Source of the DNA: an uncultured Planctomycetota bacterium
Lineage (GTDB): Bacteria > Planctomycetota > Planctomycetia > Isosphaerales > Isosphaeraceae
Direction: 5' to 3'
NCBI GenBank assembly: GCA_963823665.1
Contig: CAWGMQ010000007.1
Location: 64,001-128,000, forward strand
DNA: 64,000 nucleotides
Shown: positions 9,479-20,348 of the stretch, in pieces
How the letters are laid out: each line of letters begins with the position of its first letter
Position numbering within the stretch: the stretch's first letter is position 1
Notes under the pieces: generated by a model
The model's database searches: none
What the model was told of the DNA's origin: nothing
What the model saw: only the letters and a program-made list of their open reading frames with translations
Program-made: the position numbers and the translations under genes

Positions 9479-10623
9479 TCAGGCGAGCCACCGCTCGAAC
9501 CAGGCAAACGCTTCGCGTTGCATCGCCAGATCAAACTTATGCGGCCCAGGATAGTACGAGGCCTTATAGCGGTCGGACGCTCCCGCCTTCGCGTAGACCT
9601 CTGCTAACATGCCATCGGCACGCCTCATTTCGCCGATCGTGAAGAGCTGATCTTCCGTGTCGTTGAGCACCAGAGTCGGCAGCGGCACTCGCAGCCCGAG
9701 GATCTCGGGATAATCGAGATCGTTCGGCAGACCAGGTATGTAAATCATCCAGGTGTGGGTGTGACATTTATTGAGCAGGTAGTCACGCCAAGTCGTCATC
9801 ATCCCGACGCAGCAGGCGCAGCGGATGCGCTCGTCCAGGCCGGCGAGGTACACCGTTCGAAGCCCACCGCCGGATAACCCGCCACAGCCCACCCGGGCCG
9901 GATCAACGTCGTCTCGAGAGCAGAGGTAATCGAGCGCGCGCTGGTCCTCCGCCGTGAATACACCCGGCCAGGTCGTCCCCGCGCAGAAAAGGCTCTTCGC
10001 CATCAGGCTCTCATGTCCATCGGCAAAGTGGTTATAGGCGTCGATTTCTTCCGGCGCCTCGGGGTTTTCTTCCTTAAGCTCTTTGCGAATCACGGGTGCC
10101 AGGTCGGCCGCGCGCACACGACGGCTGGCAAACGCAAAGGTGTCGTGCACCAGGACAATGAACCCGCGCTTGGCCAGCTCATTCGCCCAGCTCACGCCAC
10201 CGTAGTAGTCGTCGCGGTGCTTCTTCATCATCGGATGAAGATCGGCGCTCAACTGGGCAATCTTGCGCCAGCCGAAATACTTGTTGCCGCCGTGATCGTG
10301 CAGCCCGAGAACGGCCGGAAGCCGTCCCCGCGCACCCTTGGGCTTCAGCACAACCGCTTCCGTCGGCGGCCCGTAAGGAAGCTGCCAGCTCAGGTGCTCG
10401 ACGTGCAGCCCATCGTAGTCAAACTGATGCTGGACCTGCGCTTTCGGCGTCGGCCCGATAGAAGGCTGAAGCAAGCAATCGCCAACGCGCTGCCGCGCCG
10501 CTTGCGCCAGGCATCAATGTCGGCCGCGCGAACTCGCGCGTCGCGAAATGACAGCCGCGCCGGCCCTTCCCCAACCAATCCCGCCGCCCACGGGCCGTAA
10601 GCCCCGATCATGTTGGGTTCCAT
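9479..10623 (-). CDS. Alpha/beta hydrolase (dienelactone hydrolase/abhydrolase-like), frameshift near 10495
   Basis: GLSGGG nucleophile elbow, LHDHGG, GPHKF. N-terminus MEPNMIGAYGPW lies in the adjacent frame. Confidence 0.82.
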
Positions 10624-10791
10624 TTGGACTCCAATCTCGACTTATTCAGTCGAAATACTTGAGATAGATTGCAGTGATGGCGACCTGGCGGTCGATCGAT
10701 AGTGTAGCCCTTGCAATTCCGTTTTGCGCGTCATCGTGTGTGAGAAAACGGAGCACCAGAACGATGTGGCGAGAACCGATTTTGGCCAGGC

Positions 10792-12108
10792 GTGAAGCTT
10801 TTGCTACTGAGTTTATTGCTGGCGTCTTGCACAACCCGGCTAGTTGCCAAAGAAGGTGGCCGAACGCCGAACATCATTCTGATCGTCGCCGATGATCTCG
10901 GGTGGGGTGATGTCGGATTTAACGGTCGGAAGGAGTGGTCGACACCCAACCTTGACCGGCTGGCCAAGGAGGGCCGAATGCTCGCACGCTGTTACACGGC
11001 AGCGGTCGTTTGCGCTCCGAGCCGCGCGAGTTTCCTTACCGGGAAGGCGACGATCCATTCGGGCGTGCGAGCCAACAACGTGGACCTGCCGGCCGAAGAA
11101 GTGACGATCGCCGAGGCGCTCAAGCCGCTCGGCTATCAAACGGCCCTTTTTGGCAAGTGGCATTCCGGGCGGCCTCGAGCCGGGCAGAGTGAGGCAGTCC
11201 ATCCCATCGACCAGGGCTTCGACGAGTTCTTCGGCTACAGGAGCGCCGAGCACGCCTGGGAAAAGTTTCCCACCAAGCTTTGGAATGGGCGGCGTGAGGT
11301 CTCGGTCACCGGCTACATCGACGACTTGATCACCGATCGTGGAATCGATTTCGTCCGAAGAAACACCAACCGTCCCTTCTTCATGTATCTCGCGTACGTG
11401 GCAACCCATTTTCACGTCGCCGCGCCGCAAGACGAGATCGCGCTCCACAAAGGGAAGTTCGAGGAGGTCGACGCCGAAGTGCCGCTCAAGGCGACCTATG
11501 CGGCAATGGTCACGAGGATCGACCGCAACATCGGCCGGATTCTGGAGACGATACGGCAGCTCGATCGTTCGCGAGAAACCCTGATCGTTTTCACCAGCGA
11601 CCACGGTGCGACCTTCGAAAGCGGGAACGGCGGCACGAGTGCAGCGCTCGACAGCAACCGTCCATTCCGCGGCCAGAAGCGAACGTTGTGGGAGGGGGGC
11701 GTCCGGGTGCCGGGCCTGGTCTGTTGGCCAGGACGGATTCCGGCCGGAACCACTGGCGATGAGATCGTTCAGCTCATCGACCTTTTGCCCACGTTTGTCG
11801 CGGCCGCGGATGGCCATGTCGAGCCGGCCTGGCGCGTCGACGGAATCAACCTTCTCGATGTCTGGACCGGAAAGGCGGTCGCACCGGATCGAACGATCTT
11901 CTGGGAATGGCAGAGCGAGCGAGCCGATCAGATCGCGGCGATGCGCGGAAAGTTCAAGCTCGTGGCAAGCGGCGGCGGCAAGTCCGAGCTTTACGACGTC
12001 GTCGCTGACCCCGCGGAGCGCCGCGATATCTCTGCAGAGCATCCGGAGCTCACCACAGAGCTCCGCGACGAGCTGGCGGCCTGGCTCAAGACCGAGATCC
12101 ACCAATAA
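10792..12108 (+). CDS. Formylglycine-dependent sulfatase
   Basis: ADDLG, CAPSRASFLTG, GKWH, TSDHG, KRTLWEGGVRVP; N-terminal signal peptide. Confidence 0.95.
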   Translation: MKLLLLSLLLASCTTRLVAKEGGRTPNIILIVADDLGWGDVGFNGRKEWSTPNLDRLAKEGRMLARCYTAAVVCAPSRASFLTGKATIHSGVRANNVDLPAEEVTIAEALKPLGYQTALFGKWHSGRPRAGQSEAVHPIDQGFDEFFGYRSAEHAWEKFPTKLWNGRREVSVTGYIDDLITDRGIDFVRRNTNRPFFMYLAYVATHFHVAAPQDEIALHKGKFEEVDAEVPLKATYAAMVTRIDRNIGRILETIRQLDRSRETLIVFTSDHGATFESGNGGTSAALDSNRPFRGQKRTLWEGGVRVPGLVCWPGRIPAGTTGDEIVQLIDLLPTFVAAADGHVEPAWRVDGINLLDVWTGKAVAPDRTIFWEWQSERADQIAAMRGKFKLVASGGGKSELYDVVADPAERRDISAEHPELTTELRDELAAWLKTEIHQ

Positions 12109-12168
12109 GGAACAGGTCGGCATTCATTTCCCATCCACCAACTCTTGTCCTTGAAGGGTTTCGGACCG

Positions 12169-12675
12169 ATGAACTCAAAAGTGCACATCCTGACCTTCTT
12201 TCTCAGTTCTCTGGGCACCTTCACAGCCTCGGTCGGTGCGGAGACGCCCTCCGCCGAGAACGACCTCGCCCGGCTGCAAGGACGCTGGGCCGCGCGGGCG
12301 GGTGCACGCCGTGAAGTGCGCGTGATGCTTGAGATCAAGGGATGCAAGGCAACGGCAACGATCAAAACCCCGCATGGCGCAAGACTCTTGCTCACCGGTC
12401 AGGTGAAGCTCGATGAGACCACCTCGCCACGGCGCCTGGATTGGATCAAGTTCACCGGAGCCGATCAGCAGGAGTTTCCCCCGCTCCTCGCCATTTACAC
12501 GCTCAAAGGTGACCGTTTCACCGTTTGCAATGGCGGAATGAATGGGTCGCGGCCCAGCGACTTCAAACCGGGCGACGGCATCCTCGCCGAGGTTGTGGTT
12601 TTCGAGCGAGACCGCTCGCTGGCAAACGCGAAGTCGAGCCCCGCCAGCAAAACACCCGCGACCATCAAGAAATAG
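12169..12675 (+). CDS. Planctomycete TIGR03067-domain secreted protein
   Basis: Signal peptide; DLARLQGRW, LDETTSPRRLDW, AIYTLKGDRFTVC, RPSDF. Confidence 0.8.
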   Translation: MNSKVHILTFFLSSLGTFTASVGAETPSAENDLARLQGRWAARAGARREVRVMLEIKGCKATATIKTPHGARLLLTGQVKLDETTSPRRLDWIKFTGADQQEFPPLLAIYTLKGDRFTVCNGGMNGSRPSDFKPGDGILAEVVVFERDRSLANAKSSPASKTPATIKK

Positions 12676-12834
12676 GTGCACTCATACACGCTTTGGGCTG
12701 GAAGAACACCCGCGTGGCCCGAGCATTCCGCAACCAATTCACAAGAACCAGCGCGCACTAAATCTAATCAAATCCACACATCCAATCGCTCGCCACGAAC
12801 CACGTTCTGAGGCTTCTACACCACAGCGCAAGAA

Positions 12835-12901
12835 ATACTAGACAACCTCGGTCAAGATAGTCGACCAAAATCTTGACAAGATCGGTCGATTTGAATAGCA
12901 T
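12835..12901 (+). promoter_or_regulatory. Sigma70 promoter with tandem Rrf2/IscR-like boxes
   Basis: TTGACA(12873)-N17-TAGCAT(12896). GAC-N7-GTC dyads at 12841-12853 and 12875-12887, plus a half-site ATAGTCGAC. Confidence 0.7.
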
Positions 12902-13022
12902 CCGCTGCAAGTTATTTCGTACCAGAGCGCTTGCTAGGGTACGGAATTCGGCGGTTTGACGTTGGTGCAGAGTCTGACGACTCTTGACTCGCAACGTGGT
13001 CGGTCGATCGGAGGTGAGCGGG

Positions 13023-14084
13023 ATGCGGATTCGGACGGACCTGGCGCTTTGGGTTGGATTGGCATCGCTGGGGGTTACTGTCGTTGGCTGCGGTGGAAGC
13101 CGCGATCCGAATACCGATGAACTGTCGATTGGCGCCTATTCGGTTGTCCATGAAGTCCTTCGCGATGGGATACTGCCCGCGTTCGCGGCAGAGTGGAAGC
13201 AGAAAACGGGGCGATCGGTCCGGTTCAATGATTCTTACAACGGCTCGGGTGCACAGGCTCGGGCGATCGCGTCGGGTCTGGGCTCGGACGTGGCGATCCT
13301 GTCGCACGAAAGCGACATGGAAGTGCTCGTTCAGGCGCACCGGGTCAAGCCGACCTGGAAAGACGGTCCGCATCGCGGGATGATCACCAACAGCCTCGTG
13401 GTGATCGGGCACCGGCCGGGGAACCCCAAAGGCGTCAACGATTGGCCGGACCTGGCAAAGCCCGGTGTTGGTGTGCTTTACCCCGACCCCAAGACCTCCG
13501 GCGGCGCGCGGTGGAACATCAATGCGATCTATGGCGCGGCATTCCTTGCCTCTCGCGACAGCAACAAGGGCAAGCCCAACCTCCAGGCGGTGCGGGATTT
13601 CCTGGCGAGAGTGCAGGCCAATGTCGTCAACATGGATTCCTCCGGCCGGCAGAGCATGGCGAACTTCGCCGAGCGGCACACGGGTGATGCCGTCGTCACC
13701 TACGAGGATGAGATTCTGCTGCACAACCAGGGCAAAGACAAGGAACCGATTCCTTACGTTGTTCCGCCGTCGACACTGTTGATCGAGGGCCCCGCGGCGG
13801 TTGTCGAGACTTCGGTGGAATCACACGGCAATCGAGCTGTGGCGGAGGCGTTCCTCGAGTTCCTGGTCTCCGATCACGGCCAGCAGATCTTCGCGAAGTT
13901 CGGGTTCCGTCCCGTGAAATCCGGCGTGTCCCAGCCAGACGGCGCCGCTCCCATGCCGCCCAAGCTCTTCACGATGGCAGACCTCGGGGGCTGGGCGCAG
14001 ATCCAGCGCGAGCTGTACGGATCCAAGGGGCTGTGGACGTCAATCTTCACTGCGGAGGCGAGCGCACACGCACTCGGCAAGTGA
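13023..14084 (+). CDS. sbp: Sulfate ABC transporter substrate-binding lipoprotein
   Basis: Lipobox VVGC; SYNGSGAQARA, GNPKGVNDWPDL, PDPKTSGGARW. Confidence 0.92.
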   Translation: MRIRTDLALWVGLASLGVTVVGCGGSRDPNTDELSIGAYSVVHEVLRDGILPAFAAEWKQKTGRSVRFNDSYNGSGAQARAIASGLGSDVAILSHESDMEVLVQAHRVKPTWKDGPHRGMITNSLVVIGHRPGNPKGVNDWPDLAKPGVGVLYPDPKTSGGARWNINAIYGAAFLASRDSNKGKPNLQAVRDFLARVQANVVNMDSSGRQSMANFAERHTGDAVVTYEDEILLHNQGKDKEPIPYVVPPSTLLIEGPAAVVETSVESHGNRAVAEAFLEFLVSDHGQQIFAKFGFRPVKSGVSQPDGAAPMPPKLFTMADLGGWAQIQRELYGSKGLWTSIFTAEASAHALGK

Positions 14085-14089
14085 GTTCA

Positions 14090-14923
14090 ATGGCTACAGC
14101 GACACTCGCGTCTGGCCGTCGCGGCTCCGATCTGCTGCTTCGGGGAAGCACCCTGTTTTATCTCAGCATCGCCGTCGTGCTGCCGCTCACGGCGTTGACG
14201 GTTGAGGCTCTCCGGCCAGGCGCCGCTCCGTTCTGGGAAGCGATTCGCGACCCTTATGCCTGGCATGCACTGAAGCTCACTCTCGTCACGGCGGTCGTGA
14301 TGGTTCTGGTCAATGCCCTGACGGGAACGGCGACGGCCTGGGTGCTCGTGCGCTATGACTTCCCCGGCCGCAGCTTGGTAAACGCACTGATCGACTTGCC
14401 ATTTGCCGTGCCCACGGTGGTGACGGGTGTGATGCTGGTCGTTCTGTTTGGCCCGTCGAGCGTGGTGGGCACGATCCTGGGCCAATATGGATGGGGGGTC
14501 ATTTACCGTCAGCCGGGCATCGTCCTCGCTCTCTTGTTCGTGACATATCCGTTCGTGATCCGCAGCGTGCAGCCGGTGCTGATGGAGCTGGATCGTGCCG
14601 AGGAAGAAGCCGCTTCGACGCTCGGTGCCGGAGCGTGGACGACGTTCTGGCGAGTAACACTCCCGGGCCTGTGGCCGTCAATCGTGACGGGTTCAGGTCT
14701 GTCATTCGCACGAGCGCTCGGTGAGTTCGGCAGCGTGGTGATGGTCGCCGGCAATCAGCCGCTCGCAACCAAGACGGCCCCGCTGTACATCTTCGGCGAG
14801 ATCGAGAGCGGCAATCGATATGGTGCACTCGTGGTCTCGACGCTCCTCCTGGGCGGTTCGCTGCTGGTGCTGGTTGTTCTGAACGGAATTCAGCGGCGAT
14901 GGGGGGCCGGCCATGGCCACTGA
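14090..14923 (+). CDS. cysT: Sulfate ABC permease CysT
   Basis: AWVLVRYDFPGR, DLPFAVPTVVTG, EEAASTLGA, RALGEFG. Confidence 0.92.
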   Translation: MATATLASGRRGSDLLLRGSTLFYLSIAVVLPLTALTVEALRPGAAPFWEAIRDPYAWHALKLTLVTAVVMVLVNALTGTATAWVLVRYDFPGRSLVNALIDLPFAVPTVVTGVMLVVLFGPSSVVGTILGQYGWGVIYRQPGIVLALLFVTYPFVIRSVQPVLMELDRAEEEAASTLGAGAWTTFWRVTLPGLWPSIVTGSGLSFARALGEFGSVVMVAGNQPLATKTAPLYIFGEIESGNRYGALVVSTLLLGGSLLVLVVLNGIQRRWGAGHGH

Positions 14924-15791
14924 TACGCTGAACGCCGGCTCGCGCACAATCTCGCTGGCAGCCCGAGATCGTCGCACCGTACCGATCGGCCGCTGGCTGT
15001 TGATCGGCGCGGTGCTCGGCTGGTTCGCGCTCTTGATCCTGGTGCCGAGCCTGGCGCTTCTGCGGCAAGTGGTGCAGGGGGGCATGCGGGCGTTCTTCGA
15101 GACGCTGGCGACGGCCGAGGTCGGCCGCGCGTTTCTGATGACGCTCGGCATCACCGCGATCGCCACGGTCGTCAACACAGTTTTCGGCGTGGCGCTGGCG
15201 CTGGTGCTCGTCCGGCAGAAGTTCTGGGGCCGCGCGCTTCTGGACGGGATTGTCGACTTGCCATTCGCGGTTTCGCCCGTCGTTGCCGGGTTGATGCTTG
15301 TCGTGTTGTACGGTCCGGAGGGATGGCTGGGCGGCCTGCTCGCGAAAATCAACGTTCAGGTGATCTACGCTGTGCCGGGGATGATCGTGGCGACACTCTT
15401 CGTCACCGTGCCGTTCGTGGTACGCGAGCTGGTGCCGATCCTGCGCGAGCTCGGTGAGGAGAGCGAGCAGGCAGCCTACACGCTCGGAGCGGGCCGGTGG
15501 CGCACGTTCTGGAGCGTCACGCTGCCGTCCATTCGCTGGGGCGTGGCTTACGGCGTGACCCTGACGGTCGCCCGTTCGCTCGGTGAATTCGGTGCCGTGC
15601 TCGTCGTGTCGGGCAATCTGATTGGCAGCACTCAGACAGCAACGCTCTACATCCACGACGGAATCGAGAGCTTTCACACCGAGGGAGCGTATGCGGCCAG
15701 CCTGGTGTTGGCCGCCTTGTCGTTTGTGTTGCTGGTGGGCATGGAAGCCGTACGAAGACGGCTGTCTGCACGACAGGGGAACCCGTCATGA
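14913..15791 (+). CDS. cysW: Sulfate ABC permease CysW
   Basis: [32 protein letters not shown]. Confidence 0.92.
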   Translation: MATDTLNAGSRTISLAARDRRTVPIGRWLLIGAVLGWFALLILVPSLALLRQVVQGGMRAFFETLATAEVGRAFLMTLGITAIATVVNTVFGVALALVLVRQKFWGRALLDGIVDLPFAVSPVVAGLMLVVLYGPEGWLGGLLAKINVQVIYAVPGMIVATLFVTVPFVVRELVPILRELGEESEQAAYTLGAGRWRTFWSVTLPSIRWGVAYGVTLTVARSLGEFGAVLVVSGNLIGSTQTATLYIHDGIESFHTEGAYAASLVLAALSFVLLVGMEAVRRRLSARQGNPS

Positions 15792-15916
15792 GCCTCATCC
15801 AGGCGCCGGTCAAGCGAAGCTCGGTCTGGCCGGGAGTAACCATGCCAAACGTGCCAGCCACTCCAGGTGCGCGGCACGCTTCGAGCATGAAGATGCGCAC
15901 TCAGAAGGAGACATCC

Positions 15917-16972
15917 GTGGCGATCGCCGTTCGAAATCTCTCCAAGAAGTACGGGACATTTCAGGCTGTCGACAACGTCTCCTTCGACGTTCCAGCCGGC
16001 CAGCTCGTCGCTTTGCTCGGGCCCTCCGGCTCCGGCAAGAGCACGATCTTGCGGATGATCGCCGGACTGGAAACACCCGAGACGGGCACGGTCGAGCTGA
16101 CCGGTGAGGATGCGACGGGCGTGCCAATTCAGCATCGCGGCGTCGGGTTCGTCTTCCAGCATTACGCGCTATTTCGCCACATGACCGTTCGGGAGAACAT
16201 CGCTTTTGGCCTCAAGGTGCGGAAGATCAAGAAAGCTGAGATCCGGGAGCGGGTCGATGCCCTTCTAGACCTGGTTCAATTGAGCGGCTATGCCGGGCGC
16301 TATCCTTCCCAGCTTTCCGGCGGGCAGCGCCAGCGGGTCGCGCTGGCCCGGGCGCTGGCGCCGCGGCCCAAGGTGTTGCTCCTGGATGAGCCGTTCGGAG
16401 CACTTGATGCCAAGGTGCGCGAGGAGCTCCGAACGTGGCTCCGCCGGTTGCATGATGAGGTCCACGTGACGAGTCTCTTCGTCACGCACGATCAGCAAGA
16501 GGCGTTCGAGGTTGCCGACCAGGTGGTCGTCCTTAACCGGGGCCGCGTCGAGCAGATGGGCCCCCCGCAGGAGCTCTACGAGCATCCCAAGACCCCGTTC
16601 GTCACCAGCTTTCTGGGTGCGGTCAACGTCTTGCGCGGCCAGACGGCGAAGGGCGTGGCCGTGCTTGGGGATGGAATTCACGTGCCGACCGAAATTCACG
16701 GCCACGACCAGCCCGTCTCGGTCTACGTGCGCCCGCATGACCTGGACTTGGCACATGAGCGCAATGGCAAGCCGTCGTGGCCGGGGCGCGTCAGTCGAAT
16801 CACACCGCTCGGAGCCTCCGTTCGCCTCGACATCGAGCTGGCCGACGGAAATGCGGTGCGGGTCGAGCTCACCCGGCAGCGCTTCGCGGCGATCGAGCCA
16901 CGCGTGGGCGACTCGATATTCGTTGCACCCAGGGACTTGAAGGTCTTTCTCGACCAGGAACCGCCCGCATAA
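15917..16972 (+). CDS. cysA: Sulfate ABC ATP-binding protein CysA
   Basis: [24 protein letters not shown]-terminal TOBE-like region. GTG start after AAGGAG; alternative ATG at 15788. Confidence 0.93.
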   Translation: MAIAVRNLSKKYGTFQAVDNVSFDVPAGQLVALLGPSGSGKSTILRMIAGLETPETGTVELTGEDATGVPIQHRGVGFVFQHYALFRHMTVRENIAFGLKVRKIKKAEIRERVDALLDLVQLSGYAGRYPSQLSGGQRQRVALARALAPRPKVLLLDEPFGALDAKVREELRTWLRRLHDEVHVTSLFVTHDQQEAFEVADQVVVLNRGRVEQMGPPQELYEHPKTPFVTSFLGAVNVLRGQTAKGVAVLGDGIHVPTEIHGHDQPVSVYVRPHDLDLAHERNGKPSWPGRVSRITPLGASVRLDIELADGNAVRVELTRQRFAAIEPRVGDSIFVAPRDLKVFLDQEPPA

Positions 16973-17093
16973 GTAACGTCGAACGATCGCGATCAACTGT
17001 ACGAGCAAGGATTCATGAGCAGCGACCCGCGGCGGACCTCCATCCGACTCTCGCCCGGAATCGGGGAAACGCCGGGAACTCGAGGAGAAGAAA

Positions 17094-17474
17094 GTGATGC
17101 GTAGCGAGACGATCGGTTTGGCACGCCTTGCGCTCCGCCAGCAGGTCGAGATTTTCGGCGGCGATCAGGTGAGCCTGAATAGCCTTTGGAGAGCGGTCGG
17201 TAGCCCTGCCGGCGAAAGTCCGGAGCGCTGGGCGGATGTTGCCGAGCCGCTTTTGTCCGGTTTCTCGGCGTATCTCGACCGCCTCGAGAGCATCGTCGGC
17301 TCGCCTTCCGCGCGACCGCGATTGTTGTGGTTCTGGGAAGACGAGTCGAAGGATCCCTGGCGCACCGGCGACCTGATGGGCCATGAGCTGATCGCCCTCA
17401 TCTACGCCAGTCATCTCGACTCCATCCGGGAGCTGCGCTCCATCGGACGGTCGACCTCGCTTGCCGCGAGCTGA
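17094..17474 (+). CDS. Small KilA-N-like DNA-binding domain protein
   Basis: VSLNSLWRAVGSP...SPERW and GHELIALIYASHLD resemble KilA-N signatures; GAGGAG RBS. Confidence 0.55.
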   Translation: MMRSETIGLARLALRQQVEIFGGDQVSLNSLWRAVGSPAGESPERWADVAEPLLSGFSAYLDRLESIVGSPSARPRLLWFWEDESKDPWRTGDLMGHELIALIYASHLDSIRELRSIGRSTSLAAS

Positions 17475-17488
17475 TTCTCGCTGGATAC

Positions 17489-19314
17489 TCAGTACACACC
17501 GTGGAGCGGGCCTCCGGCGCGGCCAGTTCGTCGACCCGGCGCTCGACTGCGGGGTCATCGACGAGCGGAGGCGCGTGGTGCGGCTTGATCCGGGCGTCGA
17601 TCACCAGCGGGCCGGCACAGCCCCAGTGCTTCTTCTCGATGAAGGAATCAATCCCGTCGATATCCGCGGCCGGATCCGAGCGCGTGAACGTCACCCATAA
17701 GAAGTTTCGAAGGCTCTGTGCAGCGAATGCACTGTCGTCGACCATCACGATGAGTGGAAAGCCGCGAATCGGGTCGTCCTGAGCAAACGACCGGCAGAAC
17801 GGCGCGATGTCGGCGCCCGAGTCGCGGTAAGCACTGGCCTGAATCGCCAGGATTCCGGGCAGCACGACGCGTGGCTCACCGAAACCCTGCGGGAGACTCA
17901 GCGAAGGTTGATCGGTGGCGAGTTCGCGCCGGCGCGGGCCGGCGGCTGCGATCACGACCTTCGAGCCTTGATTGAATCCGTGGCCGGAGTAGTCGAGTGT
18001 GTCGATCGTCGTCCGGGTCTGGAAATGCAGGTCGTTCTTCCAGTCAACCCGCTCGAGCACGTGCTTCAGGAACGCGGGAATGTCGTGGATGTCGAGCGCG
18101 GCGTTGTCTTCGCGCGCAACGATGAACAGATATTTTGCCAGCGAAAGTTGCCCCTGTCCGAGGAGGGCATTCGCAATCGTGAGGATTTCTTGCGGCCTGC
18201 GCACATCGGCATACGGGACGTACCGCTCATGTGCGATAGCCAGGAGCAGGGGGTGCACGCCGGCGGCATCGACGGCGTGAACAGAGTCGAGGCCTGGTAC
18301 AACGCTGGGAATGACCGGGCCGGTCAGCTCATGGATGAAGGCGCCGAAGCTCGTGTCTTCCTGCGGCGGCCTGCCCACCGACGTGAACGGCCAGATGGCG
18401 TTGTCGCGGTGGTACACGCGCGTGACGTTCAACAACGGAAAATCGTGTTTGAGGCTGTAATAGCCAAGGTGATCGCCAAAGGGCCCTTCCGGCTTGCGCA
18501 AGTGGGGATCGATGGTTCCTTGTATGACGAAATCGGCCTCTGCGGGCATCGGCAGGCCGCCATCGGGCGCGACCAGCGCGATTCGCCGGCCTCCCAGAGC
18601 GCCGGCGAACGCCAGCTCCGGAAGCCCTTCAGGCAACGGCATGACCGCGGCGACCGAGAGCGCCGGCGGCCCACCGACAAACACGTTCACCCGGAGTGCT
18701 TCGCCCCGCGCAATGGCGGCAGCGTGATGAACGCCGATTCCCCGGTGGATCTGATAATGCAATCCTGCTTCCCGATTCGGCACGTACTCGTTGCCGGCGA
18801 GCTGCACCCGGTACATGCCCAGATTGGATCGTGCCGGGCCGGGTCGATTCGGATCCTCGGTGTAAACCAGTGGCAACGTGATGAACGGTCCGCCGTCTCT
18901 CGGCCAGCATTGGATCTGGGGAAGATGATCAAGCGTGGTTTGATTCGCCAGGATCGGCCCGGCCCGAGCTTTGCCGGGCATCAGCCGCCAGAGCGGCCCG
19001 GCCAGGCGCCGGTAACGCCAGGGATTCTTCGCAAGCCGGCCCGGATCAACTTTGAGGTCGATGAGCATCCTCACCGATTCGAGCGCGTCGCTGAAGAGAT
19101 ACTTGGTGCGTGCAAGCGTTCCGAACAGATTGCCCAGCACCGGGAATGCCGTGCCTTTAACATTTCGGAAGTACAGCGCAGGGCCTTGAGCCTGATACGC
19201 CCTGCGCTGGATTGCAGCGACTTCCAGAAAAGGGTCAACCTCGCGCTCGATGACAACGAGCTGCCGCGTCGCCTCAAGGTCAAGCACGCACTCCGCGAGT
19301 GATTGATAGCCCAT
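17489..19314 (-). CDS. UbiD-family prFMN-dependent decarboxylase (long form; terminal frameshift near 17515)
   Basis: WPRDGGPFITLP, NLGMYRVQ, EGPFGDHLGYY, GRPPQED. The natural end AAPGGPLHGVY* needs one extra base. Confidence 0.9.
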
Positions 19315-19336
19315 CACGCAGCCTTCCGATCGGCCG

Positions 19337-20254
19337 TCATGATTTGGGGGCAGATTGCTTCAGCAAGGCTTCGAGCTCGCGGATGCGGGCCTCGGCGGCC
19401 ATGCGAGCCTGGGCTTCGGCCTTGGCTTTCTGTTGGGCCTTCGCGGCTCTTTGCTGGGCCTTCGCGGCTTGTTGCTGGGCCTTCGCGGCTACTTGTTGGG
19501 CCTGTGCAGCTTTTGCTTCAGCCACGTTGCGCGCCTTGGTGATGGCGGCGTAATCGGCGATTTCCTGATTTGTGGCGGGGTCGAAACAGGCGACTCGATC
19601 GCCGCCCGTGACTGACTGCGGACTCACGCCAAGCCACACGCCGAGGGCTTCCAGCCAGATCCGCCCGTCGGTGCTCAGCGGGATTTTCTCGTATCCGCTC
19701 GGTGCGTGACGGTATCCGATCAATTCCAACCGGCGATGGGTCTTGTTTTCCATGAATTCGTTTACGATCACGTACACCGCGACGCCGGCGCGATAATAGT
19801 ATTTGAACTTCTTTCCAAAGTCGTTTTTCCGAGTGCTGTCGGATGTCACCTCGATCACGAGAGCGCATTTCGCGCGCTCCGCCTTGACGTCAAACATGGA
19901 CCAGCCACGACGTCTCGCTATGCCAAAAAAGACGGCAAGATCAGGGCACAGCGGCCTGATCCTCGGCAGATTGAAATCGACACCAACATCGAAGAGCACG
20001 GCTGCGTGAGGATCGTCAATCAACTGCGCCCCGGGCACGTCCCTGAGGTAGATCACATCGTCGGCATGCTCCTGGGAATTCACGATATGGTCCCCTTCTT
20101 TGGGATGGAGAACGTCCTCCAGTGTGAGAGGCACCTGATCGAGGTCCTCGGTTCCATCCGGTCTCAGCACCTCTACATGCCGCCAGCCGTAGAAAAATGG
20201 ATCCGACTCGTCCGGTCGCACACGTGGTGCTCGCTGTGTTCTGACGGTACTCAT
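19337..20254 (-). CDS. Uma2/DUF820 PD-(D/E)xK endonuclease-like protein with coiled-coil tail
   Basis: PDLAVF, VIEVTSDSTRKND, KFKYYYRAGV; Ala/Gln/Lys-rich tail. Confidence 0.88.
   Translation of the reverse strand: MSTVRTQRAPRVRPDESDPFFYGWRHVEVLRPDGTEDLDQVPLTLEDVLHPKEGDHIVNSQEHADDVIYLRDVPGAQLIDDPHAAVLFDVGVDFNLPRIRPLCPDLAVFFGIARRRGWSMFDVKAERAKCALVIEVTSDSTRKNDFGKKFKYYYRAGVAVYVIVNEFMENKTHRRLELIGYRHAPSGYEKIPLSTDGRIWLEALGVWLGVSPQSVTGGDRVACFDPATNQEIADYAAITKARNVAEAKAAQAQQVAAKAQQQAAKAQQRAAKAQQKAKAEAQARMAAEARIRELEALLKQSAPKS
19431..19503. repeat. 21-bp tandem repeat (about 3.5 copies) coding AAKAQQx heptads
   Basis: TGGGCCTTCGCGGCT at 19434, 19455 and 19476; partial copy at 19497. Confidence 0.9.
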
Positions 20255-20348
20255 CTGCACCTCCCCGTCTGCCGGGCATAATCTCGTCGCCGGCTCGTCA
20301 CCGGAATTATATCATCTTCGACCTCATGCGTCAGGCCGCACGCACGCC

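Noticed and set aside
17398..17488. UbiD C-terminus overlapping the convergent KilA-N-like gene
   Set aside because: Explained by a one-base loss near 17515; the natural stop is at 17489.
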